Shown here one piece after another: positions 51,813 through 63,235 of a DNA stretch of 64,000 nt (within the stretch, counting starts at the first letter, position 1; each line of letters starts with the position of its first letter). The stretch covers positions 79,088,500 through 79,152,499 of the forward strand of contig NC_057711.1 in assembly GCF_004010195.1 (NCBI RefSeq), given 5' to 3'. The notes beneath the pieces were generated by a model. That model was given only the letters and a program-made list of their open reading frames with translations, made no database searches and had not been told where the DNA came from. The position numbers were made by a program, and so were the translations under genes. Source of the stretch: Chiloscyllium plagiosum (lineage: Eukaryota).

Positions 51813-52012
51813 TGAGAAGCCCACTATATCTCAGGATTTTTGAGGAACATTTCTTAGTTTGTTTACTTTTGCTTCTGTGTCTAGAAGAAAGGAATTTCAA
51901 ATAGAAGGAATATTATATACCTTACTGCTATTGCAACAATTCTGACTTTTCACTGATGCAGAAGCAGAAATTAATTTTGTAAATCAATTCTCATTCTGCT
52001 TCTTAGGTACAT

Positions 52013-52114
52013 GAAACAGGAAGCTGGAAGAACACAGCTGCCTGGCTTGGTGTGTTCTTCCAGCCTCCTGCTTGTCTACCTTGGACTCCAGCGTCTGCAA
52101 TTTTTTGTCTCTAA
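52013..52114. mobile_element. 102-bp fold-back PLE mini-insertion lacking the hammerhead
   Basis: CAGGAAGCTGGAAGAACAC inverted to GTGTTCTTCCAGCCTCCTG; imperfect TSD CTTAGGTACAT (52002-52012) / CTTGAGTACAT (52115-52125). Confidence 0.75.
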
Positions 52115-52869
52115 CTTGAGTACATTAGTGTAGGACATCTGAGCCGTCTCTTGACAGCTCACTGGGAGTAGTGTAACTCTAATTTGGAATGAACTTGCAT
52201 TTTATAATGTGAGTCATCTGATAAAATTGCACCCCTTGAAAATTTACTTTCATTTCAGAAGATTTTGAACATTTCTGCTCCATTTTCCAAACGTTAGAAT
52301 CACTAAGCTGGAAAAAGTTTTGAGTACACATGCATGCAATCATCTAAGACAATTTCAAAATTTCTTGACTATTCCTCAAAGTTAATGTAAGTCTGTTTCA
52401 ATTAAAGAGCTCAAACTTTGAAGATTTTATAAACATTACCTTTAACCTGCATCTGAATTCTACAACCTTATCACTAAAACATTAGGCAATCAAAATAATC
52501 TTCCATACCAGGAATTAATTGCATTGAAATGTTTCTACTGTGTAGGTGTACCCTTGTGTTACACCATTTGTCTGAGACTGGTATCGTGAAATGCAAAATG
52601 CAACCAGCGAGGCTGAAGTTATACTGTGAGTTGTGTTTGGTTGTAGTAGGCATTTGAGAAAGCTGTATATGCAATATGACTCTTTTTATAAGTCTTCCAC
52701 TATACTTTTTGTTGCAGTTTGCATGACATTGCACAGTATATGCATTTATATTATGCAAAATGTGCAATTTTGCAAGTTTATTATAGATACAGGCCCAAAA
52801 GGTCTACAAAAAACAGAACACTATATTTATATCAAGCTTTCATCGCCATTGAAAATCTCAAGAAACTTC

Positions 52870-53220
52870 ATAGACTATTAAGTACCTTTTGAAGTGTAGT
52901 CACTGTTGTAATATATGAAACACAGCAATTGATTTGCACATAACCAGTTCCTATAGACATCAAATAAATAATATCGAACAATGTTGTTTGGAGATAAATG
53001 TTGAACAGTAAAGTAGGGCTAATTCACTATTCTCCCTTGAAAGAGTCATATGAGGTTAGACAGGAGTTCAATCAATGTCTCATCTGAAAAATGGTACCTC
53101 ACCGTGTGTTATACTGGAATGTCGGCCTTAACTTTTGTGTTTGAGTGCTGGATCAGGTCATGAACCCAGATCCTTCTAAATCTGAGGTGGAAATACTGAC
53201 AAATGAACCATGGCTGACAT
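52870..53220 (-). mobile_element. Ancient Deu-domain SINE (SacSINE1-like)
   Basis: TTTGAAGTGTAGTCACTGTTGTAAT, ATGTCTCATCTGAAA and an eroded tRNA-like head at ~53150-53220; recognised from memory of the family. Confidence 0.65.
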
Positions 53221-54729
53221 GCTATTGTCTGATATTAGGAAGGAGTTAGTGACAGTACCTATTTTCTTACTGTGTCGTAAAACGCCAATAACCCATTACT
53301 CGGAGCCATCAGATCAAAAACAATTTTTGTCATCACACGTTTCAATGTTTTGACTTTGAACTACTATCCAATAGTTACCTTTCTGCACTTATATATTTAT
53401 ATCCAAGTCTTTTGCGCAAGTTACAGGGTGCTAGAATAATTGAATGCATTATATTAACATACACCTCATTAAGATAAACAATAAACAGAGCCCAAGTAAA
53501 ATATCAGTTGGCTACTGGACCAGTTGACAACTTCTTCTAGAGCACAAAACAAGTAGCTAGAGAGTTACAGTAGACTTATATGGATAGGTTGGGAGACAGC
53601 AATGTCACAAACTACCTCAATTCACCTTATTATAAAAATTTTGTTTGTGTTATAAGAGTTTACTTTGTGTAAAGAAACAACCACATAAAAATAATGTTGC
53701 TTTTATTATAAAAAGACTGATACAATACTAAATTGATAAAATCTATGAGATTGCACAATCTACATTTCACAGTAAAAACAGCATGAAAGAGTTGTGGAAG
53801 GAATGTCTTGTTGCTTGATTTCCATATAAGTGCACAAGAGTCAGATTGGAATCAGATTCCCAATTTATACTCCCACTTTCACATCAATGGACACCCAAAA
53901 ATTATTTTGCATTGATAGGAAATTGCAGTATAATGGCAGCCTTTCAGCTTCAGGTTGTAAAAGGATGTTTGTTATTTCAAAGGTTCAAGAGTGATGCAGC
54001 TTCTCAAGTCAGTAATGGAATGCCACTTGGTAACATCTAATTACATTTTAACAAGATGCCATAGAAACTGACTGTTCCTATCGATATAAGGGTCTAGAAT
54101 AAGAAGACATAGATGGATGAAAAGTAAGGGTTTTAGGATAGAGCTGGGAGACAAAATTGGATTCAATTCAATTTTTTGTATTTATAATTTCAAACAGCAT
54201 CTGAAGCACAGATGAGCATTTCAGAAGTGAACATGTCAAATGTCTTCTTGGTAAAATGGTTAATGCATGCATTCCTAGCATTCATGGGAGTGTGCAAAAC
54301 AGGCAGGCTATGATTAATACCATTGCTGCCATTTTGGAGCTCCACACTCCCACTGCCACCCTATTCAACCTTGTAAAGATGAGCACACATCAAGTGGCAG
54401 GAAGGACCCCATACCAGCACAACTTAAAGGCATCAACTATTTATAGGTTTGTTTCTTTGGCCTGTTGTCATGATTCGATACATTTGTATGCTTTTACGTT
54501 TTGGGTTCTGTTTCTGGGTTTTTAATATTCAGTTATTTCAGACATCTGTAGGACATTTTGCTGACTTCAAGAACTCTGCACAAGCCAATTGATTCCAGAC
54601 ATGGATTCCCCAGTAAGCCCTCCTTTTGAAATTGACCATGTGTAGGAGAATCAGTAGAAAAAAACAGCAGGGCAGTAACCTGTTGTAGGAGAAAGGTGGA
54701 GGTGGAGAGACTGATAGGAGACGTTTGCT

Positions 54730-54985
54730 AGATTAAATACCTGCTCAAGATGTTCAAGGAGCAATTCTCGGACCAGAACCGTACTGATGTTTAAGATCTG
54801 TTGACTTCACTAAGGAGAGCTACTTGATTTCTCCCAACTTCTGTAGCTACAAGTCCAACTTTAAAGAATGTCAAGGATCGATGACTATGAAGGTGGTCAT
54901 GGAATTAAATATTTATGGATCTGCCTCCTTCTGGGTTGGTGTTGGCAATACATGAAATATTTTGCAGTTTGCCACCTACTATTCC
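54730..54985 (+). mobile_element. Harbinger transposase N-terminal relic
   Basis: MKVVMELNIYGSASFWVGVGNT*NILQFA resembles VKVT.ALNFYASGSFQ...GD..NISQ. Confidence 0.6.
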
Positions 54986-55477
54986 CTTTTGTCATTGGTC
55001 ATCTTGGCCACAACACAAAAGTAAATATAAAATAATATAAATATAATGACCAATAGAAAATACACATGACATCTTATTCATTGATCATTTTATCTGCAAA
55101 GCAATGTTAACTAATAGTTGAAAGGATGCTTAAAATAACTTCAATGTAAACTTTTTCATAGCTGTATAAAAATTGTTCAATGATACTTGATGTTGTTAGT
55201 TCTGATTAGTGGCTGAGCACTTTTCGTGTGGAATATATTTTTAACTTCAGTGTTCTGAGACAACACAAATGTTGTAAACAGAAATAATGAAACCACTAAT
55301 TCAGAGCAATTTTCAAACTTTCAAAAAACAACTATATCTATCCTTTTGTTTTAATGTAGGTTATTGTTCAATATTTTCTTGGTTAAGACAAATCTGGATA
55401 GTTAGGTTATGGTTTACTAGATGACGTAAAGGCAAAATGATATCCAATTGACAATGAACTGGCTTCTTCCTGTTAAC

Positions 55478-55666
55478 AGGCAGGAGGCTGGAAGAACACA
55501 GCAAGCCAGGCAGCATCAGGAGGTGGAGAAGTCAGCGTTTCAGGTGTAACCCTTCTTTAAGACTGGGGAAGTCGACTTCTCCACCTCCTGATGCTGCCTG
55601 GCCTGCTGTGTTCTTCCAGCCTTCTGCCTGTCTACTTTGGATTTCAGCATCTGCGTTTTTTTAATC
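55478..55666. mobile_element. 189-bp fold-back PLE mini-insertion (family of 45056-45825)
   Basis: Antisense arm ~55478-55568, sense arm ~55571-55666; TSD TCTTCCTGTTAAC (55465-55477) / TCTTCTTGTTAAC (55667-55679). Confidence 0.88.
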
Positions 55667-55873
55667 TCTTCTTGTTAACTGTCCTAGAAGAGCTAAATTA
55701 TGTCTCTTTAAATTCAGTTTGTATAAACTTATCTTGATGCAAGCACTAACTTATCACATGTTTCTGAGCTGTCAATGTCTTAAAATATGAAAACTACATT
55801 ACCCCCTTCACAGCCCATCATAAATGACAACATTTGTGAGCATTGATATGTCTGCAATTTGCACTTTTCTAGT

Positions 55874-56183
55874 GATTAGATTACATTACAGTGTGGAAAC
55901 AGGCCCTTCGGCCCAACAAGTCCACACCGACCCGCCGAAGCGCAACCCACCCATACCCCTACATTTACCCCTTACCTAACACTACGGGCAATTTAGTATG
56001 GCCAATTCACCTGACCTGCACATCTTTGGACTGTGGGAGGAAACCGGAGCACCCGGAGGAAACCCACGCAGACACGGGGAGAACGTGCAAACTCCACACA
56101 GTCAGTCGCCTGAGGCGGGAATTGAACCCGGGTCTCAGGCGCTGTGAGGCAGCAGTGCTAACCACTGTGCCACCGTGCCGCCC
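55874..56183 (-). mobile_element. Full-length, young HE1/V-SINE
   Basis: Head GGGCGGCACGGTGGCACAGTGG (A box), B box GGTTCAATTCC, many retained CpGs, (TAATG/C)n tail. Confidence 0.95.
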
Positions 56184-56366
56184 ACGTGCCACGTGCACAT
56201 TGAAACAAAATAATCAACATCTATTACTCTCTTTTCCTTACAGGTTCTCCAGTAATGGCAATTAGAAGCATGCATGGAGGAGGGAAGCAATGAACATGAC
56301 ATACTAGCTCATCTGCTGACCATCCTTGAACACAAAATGGAAACTTCCATTCTCATTTCTGAAGGA

Positions 56367-56550
56367 GTTGAAAAGTGTTGTGCTGGAAAATCACAGCTGG
56401 TCAGGCAGCATCAAGGAGCAGGAGATTCAACGTCTTGACCATGAACTCTTCATCACTCTCCTGCTCCTCGGATGCTGCCTGACGTGCTGTGCTTTTCCAG
56501 CACCACACTTTTCAACTCTGATATCCAGCAACTATAGTCCTCACTTTCTC
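56367..56550. mobile_element. 184-bp fold-back PLE mini-insertion, 15-bp TSD
   Basis: TSD CTCATTTCTGAAGGA at 56352-56366 and 56551-56565; antisense arm ~56367-56455, sense arm ~56456-56550. Confidence 0.9.
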
Positions 56551-59500
56551 CTCATTTCTGAAGGACCAATACATTATGTTTGAAAACTAGGCATGAACAA
56601 ATGAATTAGTCTCTCAATGTAAAGGTGACTTTGTGGAAGTCAAATTTAAATTGTGCAGCAACCCCACTCTATATTTGTTCCCTACATCATATTTTCCTGC
56701 CTCCATGTTTTGTCTACCACTTGGAAACTAGCTTCTTCCAAATGAAAACTGGCCAGCTGTTTAGGTGAATGCCAACATTTCTCAGGCTTCCTGGATATTT
56801 AATGTTCAGAATGGCACGCACTAAAAGTAGTTCTTTTTTTTCCTCTTATTTTTGTCCCCAGGCAATCTGCCTACAACCCCTTGTCCCAAATGAATACCAA
56901 TAAAACTCCTCACGATGATTGATTTTTAGACTTGAGTGCTTGGATACATGACGATACAGCAGTGCAAATGGAGCATTTAAAATCACTATGGTACCACCAC
57001 AGAGCAAGCCATCATCTCCTGTGTGTCACGGAACTGAGCACAAAAGTTTAACGAGGCTTGATTATCTGAAAAGTATCTTTTCCAGTACTATTTCTGATGG
57101 ACATAAAATCAGCCTCTAAAGACCTGCACATCATAAAAAAAAGGTTCCCATGGCTTTCACAATGCTGGTATGATAATTCAAACTCATCATGGAGGGTGGT
57201 GAGAGTGGATGCAGGGCGGCAGGGGGTGGGAGGTTTAATCAATAACCATCTATCCCTTTGTCTGTGAAAGTGGTAAAAGTCTAACTACCCTCCAGTAGGG
57301 GGTATACCTGGATACACGGCGCCATTTTAACAGACAATGCTACCATGATTAATGTCCTCCCACCTCAGACCTTGTTAAAACCTGTTCTTTAAAGCAGCCC
57401 GATGCACCACAGTGATAGCAAGAGTGAGGTTGCATAAATCAATGTGTTCGCACAGCCCCCAGGATATCCATTATAGATGCCAGCTGGATGACTACAAGAT
57501 AGAGAAAAATGAATATTGTATCCTGTGGCCTTTTGCCTCTAATTACCACTTTTCAACATTTTTGCAGGCATGATTAAATTTTGATAACTGGGGTAGTCAC
57601 TCTGAGTGCACTGAAATAGAGATAAATTGAGTGAGTGCCTGACATCTCTGCAGAGAGTAGGAACTAATTAGTGTTTGAATCGCAGACTGAAAGAGATTTA
57701 AAGAAGGCAGGTTTAATCAGAGGAATTGCTGAGAAACAGGAATAGTCAGGGATAATTACAGCATAGGTAGAAATCACTGGCTCACTGAGCAGCCTTTCTA
57801 TTCAGTTGATTGGCAGCCACTGACCTAGTGGCAAAAACCTTTCAACTTTACAACAGTAACAGCCTTGTCAAAGCAATTTGCTTGCAGCTCTCTATGACCA
57901 ATCATTTAAAACGCCGAGCAACCTCCCCATTTGAAAAATGCTCTCTGCACCTTGCCTTAGTGGAAGCTGGGTGGAACAGGCTCATTATTTTTTGATGACT
58001 TCACTTTCCCTCAGGGGCCCTTCTGTACGGATGAAGTGTCAGATCAATTTGGCTGTTGATTACAATAAAAAAGCTGTGAAACTTTATTGGTTTCATTGCA
58101 GAAATGGAGCTGCTTGATGGCTGTCTCTGGTAATGTCAAACGACACAGTACCAAAACAGATTTGGATATCTTTCTGTTATTGTATTAGGTTCCTTATGTT
58201 TGCTGTGCAAAACTGAGAGATGTAGAGCAGTGCTGCTTAATAATTTACTAGCAGAGACATTTGCATTTCCAGTGTTAAAAAAGGCACACATAATGAGAAC
58301 CCAGCCATCACTAAAGGGAAATATTATTAGTCCTGTTCCTATTGACATTTTTATGTTGATATTTTATTATTAACTGAACAGTTTTTTTTTTGCTTTTTAT
58401 TCTCTTGGAGATGTCATTTCAAACACTTTATGTTAAAGTCTAATGGGATTTTCTTGTGTTTAATAATTTTGCTCCATGTATTGTGAGTACATTTTTAGAG
58501 GTATTCCATCACGTTAGTGCATGATGGCTTATAATTGGAAAACCAAGACAAGATTTTGTTTAGGTGGTCATGTTAGTCATTGAAAGATTTTGCTAATCAC
58601 TGTTACCCACATTTCTATTGTGTGAGCTTAATGGTACTGGGTGAGAAAATTTGACAGACTAATCGCAATAATTATGGAAAATGGTTAATATTTATGGAGA
58701 TTTTATATACTTCTGTTTGGAACAGCTCTATACTTTAATTCTGATCAATTAATTAATTACAGATTATCCTCATCCTACTCTCGTACTGGACTCTGGCAAT
58801 ATGATACTTCTTGTTAACTACTTCAGAGCTTGGGCTCAAATTGGGCTAAGTAATATCTATTTTTAGGGTGCTGTTGACAGAATGAAATGATGTGTTTTGG
58901 ACATATGCCACAGATCACCTGGGTGTCATCTTGGTGAAAGTAAAGATACAGGTCAAGTTGCCATTTTCCCAGAGGACCACAGGGCTACTCATGCTAGACT
59001 AGTGGGTAGAGTAAGTAGGTCACAATGTAATCAGTATACAATGTTGATTTGGTCAATGGCTTTTCAGCAGCTTGAACAGCCAAACACAAGTTAAATAGCA
59101 GGACACTATGCTCTGTTCACCTTCACCAGTGCAACTTAAAGAGAGTTAACAACCTCTTTACAGCTTACTTGCTGGTTCATTAGCTCTGATTGTTGCTACG
59201 ATAGCCCAAATTTTTTCCATTCTTCTTTCAAGTTGAAAAGGTCCACAGACAATATTGTACCTGCTGCTGAAGGACTTGGTCCTGACTTCAAAGCTTCTAC
59301 CCAGATATTTACACACACTAGGTATTCCCCTCAGATACAAGGTGACTGGAAGAATGAGCAGATGGCATGCAGAGCAGTGAAAGCTGCTAGATAGAGAAAA
59401 ATAAGAAGGATAAATTGCATATGTTCTCAGATACTTATTCTCTGACTTGAACTTCAGTGAGAAAGAATAGGCATAACTTTACCATCTTTAACTGGCTTCA

Positions 59501-60171
59501 GGTTAACCTAAGTACTTGTTTTACTGTTTCTCACTCATGAGCCTCCATTGTCATTTTATGGAAAATTAACCCATGAAGAAGATGTTTATGTGTTTACCAA
59601 CCTATTTAAAGACAACAGCTGGTACCCAAGATGGTAGGCCCAACAGGAGGATTGATGGCACTGGATATCTTACAGTGTCATTGGAAGAAATGGGCAATGC
59701 TGAGGGAGAAAAAAGACCATGAGGGTGTCTCAAAATGGAGGCCGCATTGGAAATCTGCTGAAAAAGTTAAAGTAAGGAACCCCTCTACAGAATTGATTGT
59801 TGCTGCAGCAGTATCCTTTTCATTCTTTCCACTCCCTCATTGGCAGTGAGAAGAGAGAAGAGTGGCTTTCATTTGTATAAGAGTTAAAGAGTTATTGTTG
59901 TGTTATGACTTGCAGTCAGTATAAAGTTAAGAGACATGCTCATGGTGACATCACTGTATAATAAACTGTGATCCGAAGGTATAAAGGTCTCTGATTTATC
60001 TCAAGTCAGAGTACTTGAAGTATCAAAAGCTACTCTTTATAAATGGATAGCTTAAATGTAGTCCAGACACTGATTGTCTGTGAATATAATACTCTGTACT
60101 AAAAATCTTCAATGTTTTTCAGCACCATGTGATCCAGGTGGGACAAGGACATGAGAGAAGGTGCTCAGGCC

Positions 60172-61185
60172 CTACGTAATTGAACACGATATCGAGTCCT
60201 GGGTTCCCAAATAGAAAATGAGATGCTGTTCTTCTAACTTGCACTGAGCCTCACTGGACCACTGCAGCAAGGCTGAGACAGAAATATTGGCCAGGGAAAA
60301 TGCTGGTGTGCTGAAGTGGCAAGCATCTGGAAGCTCAGGGTAATTTTTCCAGACAGAAAGTAGATGTTTTGCAAAGTGCTTGCCCAGTCTGTGTTTCGTC
60401 TCCCCTGTGTAGAGGATGACCACACTGTGAGAAGTGAATACTAGATTGCTACTTCACCTGGAATTTATGCCTCGGGCCTTGGATAGTGAGGGGGAAGGAA
60501 GTAAATGGGCAGATGTTGCACCTTCTGAGATTGCATGCAAAGGTGCGTGGCAGAGTGAGGGAGTGACGGGAGTAAAGGAAGAGTAGACAAAGATGTCCCA
60601 GAGGGAACCATCCCACTGGAGGTAGCGGAAATGACAGTTATTGATCCTCTGGACATGGATGCTGGTGGGATGGTAGGTAAGGACAAGGGGCATCTTATCG
60701 CTGTTGTGGAAGGGGAGCGAGAGGGTGAGGACTGAAGTGTGGGAGATTGGTTGGATGCAGCTGAGGGCCCTGTCAACCAGGGTGGTGGGGAATCCTTGGT
60801 TAAGGAAGAAGGTTATTTCAGAGGCCCCCTTGTAGAAACTGGACTCACTGGAACATATGCGATGGAGATGGAGGAACTGGGAGAATGGAATAAGTCTTTA
60901 CAGGAAACAGAGTGTGAGGATGTATAGTCGAGGCAACTATGGGAGTCATTAGGTTTGAGGTAGATATTGGTGGCCAGCCTATATCCAGAAATGGAACAGA
61001 GATGTCAAGGAAGGGAAGGGAGGAGTCAGAGATGGATCAGGTGAAGGTGGAAATTGGAAGTAAAATTGATAAATTTTTCTCAAATTTGAATGAGAGAGGG
61101 AAGCAACATTGATGATGTTATCGATGCACTGGATAAACAGTTGTGAGCAGAGGCACAGATAGGGCTGAAACAAGGAGAGTTCCAC
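60172..61185 (-). mobile_element. Neptune-like PLE fragment (RT end plus GIY-YIG)
   Basis: LYTGETKHRLGKHFAKH...CKLEEQHLIFYLG; PLVLTYHP. Confidence 0.88.
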
Positions 61186-61199
61186 ACAAAGAATGTAGA

Positions 61200-62865
61200 G
61201 CTAGCTGAAGTGGGCAATCAAACAGATTAGCAGGAATGACAAGAAGCAAGCTGAAGCAGATATTTAAGGAGGCAATTCGTGACTCTCAGCAAAAATACAT
61301 CCCAATAAGGAGGAAAGATTCTAATGGAGGGATAAACTAACAGTTGCAAAGTTATGGACAGTATAAAATTGAAAGAAAAAGCATATAAGGAGGTGAAAGT
61401 CAGTGATAGTCCCAAAGACTGGGATATATTCTGAATCTAACAAAGGAAGACTAAAAATATAATAAAGAGAGAGAAAATAAACCATGAGGGCAATCTAATA
61501 TGGAATATAAAAACTGACAATAAGAACGTCTTTCAATATAAAAAAGGAAGAGAGAGACCAAAGTGAACATGTGTCCCTTGGATAATGAATTTGGGGAGAT
61601 AGTTATGGGGAACAAGGAAATGGCAGAGGATTTAAGAAGGTATCTGTTATAGGAAGGATATTACTAAACTGGTGAAGGTTCAGAAAAGATTTACCAGGAT
61701 GTTGCTGGGAATGGAGGGATTGAGTTATACAATTAGGCTGGATAGGGCTAGGACTTTTCTCACTAGAGTCTAGAAGGTTGACAGGTGACCTTATAGAAGT
61801 TTATAAAATCATGGGGGTGTTATGAAGATGTGCATGTACTGTACCTTTAAGAAAGTTAAAAGCTAGCAGAACTACCTGACAGCATCAAGTGTGCTGACAA
61901 GATATATTGTAACCCTTTGGTCTAGCAGCTAGTGTAGCTGATTGCCTGGAGACAAAAAACAAATTTGAATTAAGCCAATCGGTTTAAATTATACCCAGAA
62001 AAAATATTAAACTCCAATCAAGTTTGAATTTAGTATGTTAACAATATTAAAAGCCAATGACACAATCTGATGCTTTGGGAGTACAAGACTGGGACAAATT
62101 GAACAGTTGGGGGAGAACTGCCAAAAGACTATCAGATGTAGGCTGCTAGTTAGAACTCTCTGAGAGGTACCTGTCTAGAGAAGGAGTTTGCACAGAGAAA
62201 AACATTAACATCGACCTGGACAGCAAGTCTACAGAGAAAGATATAACGAGAAGATTCGACAGCTGGCTGGTTTTGAAATTTGAATTTTTCAGTTAATATT
62301 ATTTGGTGGTTTTATTGGACTAGTATTAAAGAAGGGAAAGTAAAAGATAGGTTACAGGAAGGAGTTGTAAATAATTATTAGTTAATTATTCTCTGTTATA
62401 CATTAAGAAATAAAGTTGTTGCTTTTTACTTTAAATATTTCTTGGACTCTCCAATTTTCAGATTACTGCAAGGGATAAATCTTTTCTGTGTTGCTGGTTT
62501 AAAATTAACAGAGGGGGATTACCCCTGTGTCGTAACAAGGATTTTAGATAAGGTGAATAGCAAAGGTGTTTTCCCTAAGCTGGGGGAGGTAAAAACTAGG
62601 GGGCATATCTTTAAGGTGAGAGAAGAAAGACTTAAAAAGGACATGAGGGGCAACGTTTTTGCAAAAAGAGTGGTTTGTGTGTGGAAAGAATTGTGAAAGG
62701 AAGTGATGTATGCAGGTACAGTTACAACATTCAAAAGGTGTTTGAATAAATACATGTATAGGAAAGGTTTGGAGGAATACGTGCCAAGCACAGGCAGTTG
62801 GAACTAGTTTAGTTTGGGAATATGGTCAGCATAAACTAATTTGACCAAAAGGTCTGTTCCATCCC
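61200..62865 (+). mobile_element. CR1 fragments interrupted by a solo LTR
   Basis: KVQKRFTRML..GDLIEVYKIM before 61817; LDKVNSKGVFP..KTRGHIFKVR after 62538. Confidence 0.85.
61818..62537 (+). mobile_element. 720-bp solo LTR
   Basis: Termini TGTTATGA...TCGTAACA (short inverted ends), AATAAA at ~62409, splits a contiguous CR1 reading frame. Confidence 0.85.
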
Positions 62866-62984
62866 CGATGTCCCTTTTCACAAGAAGGCATAGCAATGTG
62901 GGAAGAAGGTTAATTGCTTTTTCTACTCCACCAGAGTAAGTGCCATCATCGTCTCTCTGATAGCTCATCCTATGTGGGCTTCTG

Positions 62985-63235
62985 TACACACTTCCTACCA
63001 AATCTCATGTTCTACCATGCTCATTCATATCTGCAACATCTTCTTCCATTTCCTGTCACCTACTCCAACTCCTGACAGCATGAAGTCTGCATGCCCTCTG
63101 TGCTATATATTCAATCACCCGGAACCACATGCAATAAGAATAATAATTTATCCTTATTGTACTTCAAAATAGTGCCAGATTGTGGCAACAAACACAACAC
63201 TTTTCACTGTGTCTTCAAGATACAAATAAATCATT
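62985..63235 (+). mobile_element. Eroded LINE 3' end (Rex1/L2-like)
   Basis: NIFF-like C-terminal motif and tail CTTTTCACTGT..AATAAA; similar antisense tail at ~17555-17610. Confidence 0.4.

Noticed and set aside
56830..56995. Strong splice acceptor (TTTTTGTCCCCAG) as a coding exon
   Set aside because: Stops in all three frames shortly downstream; no supporting evidence
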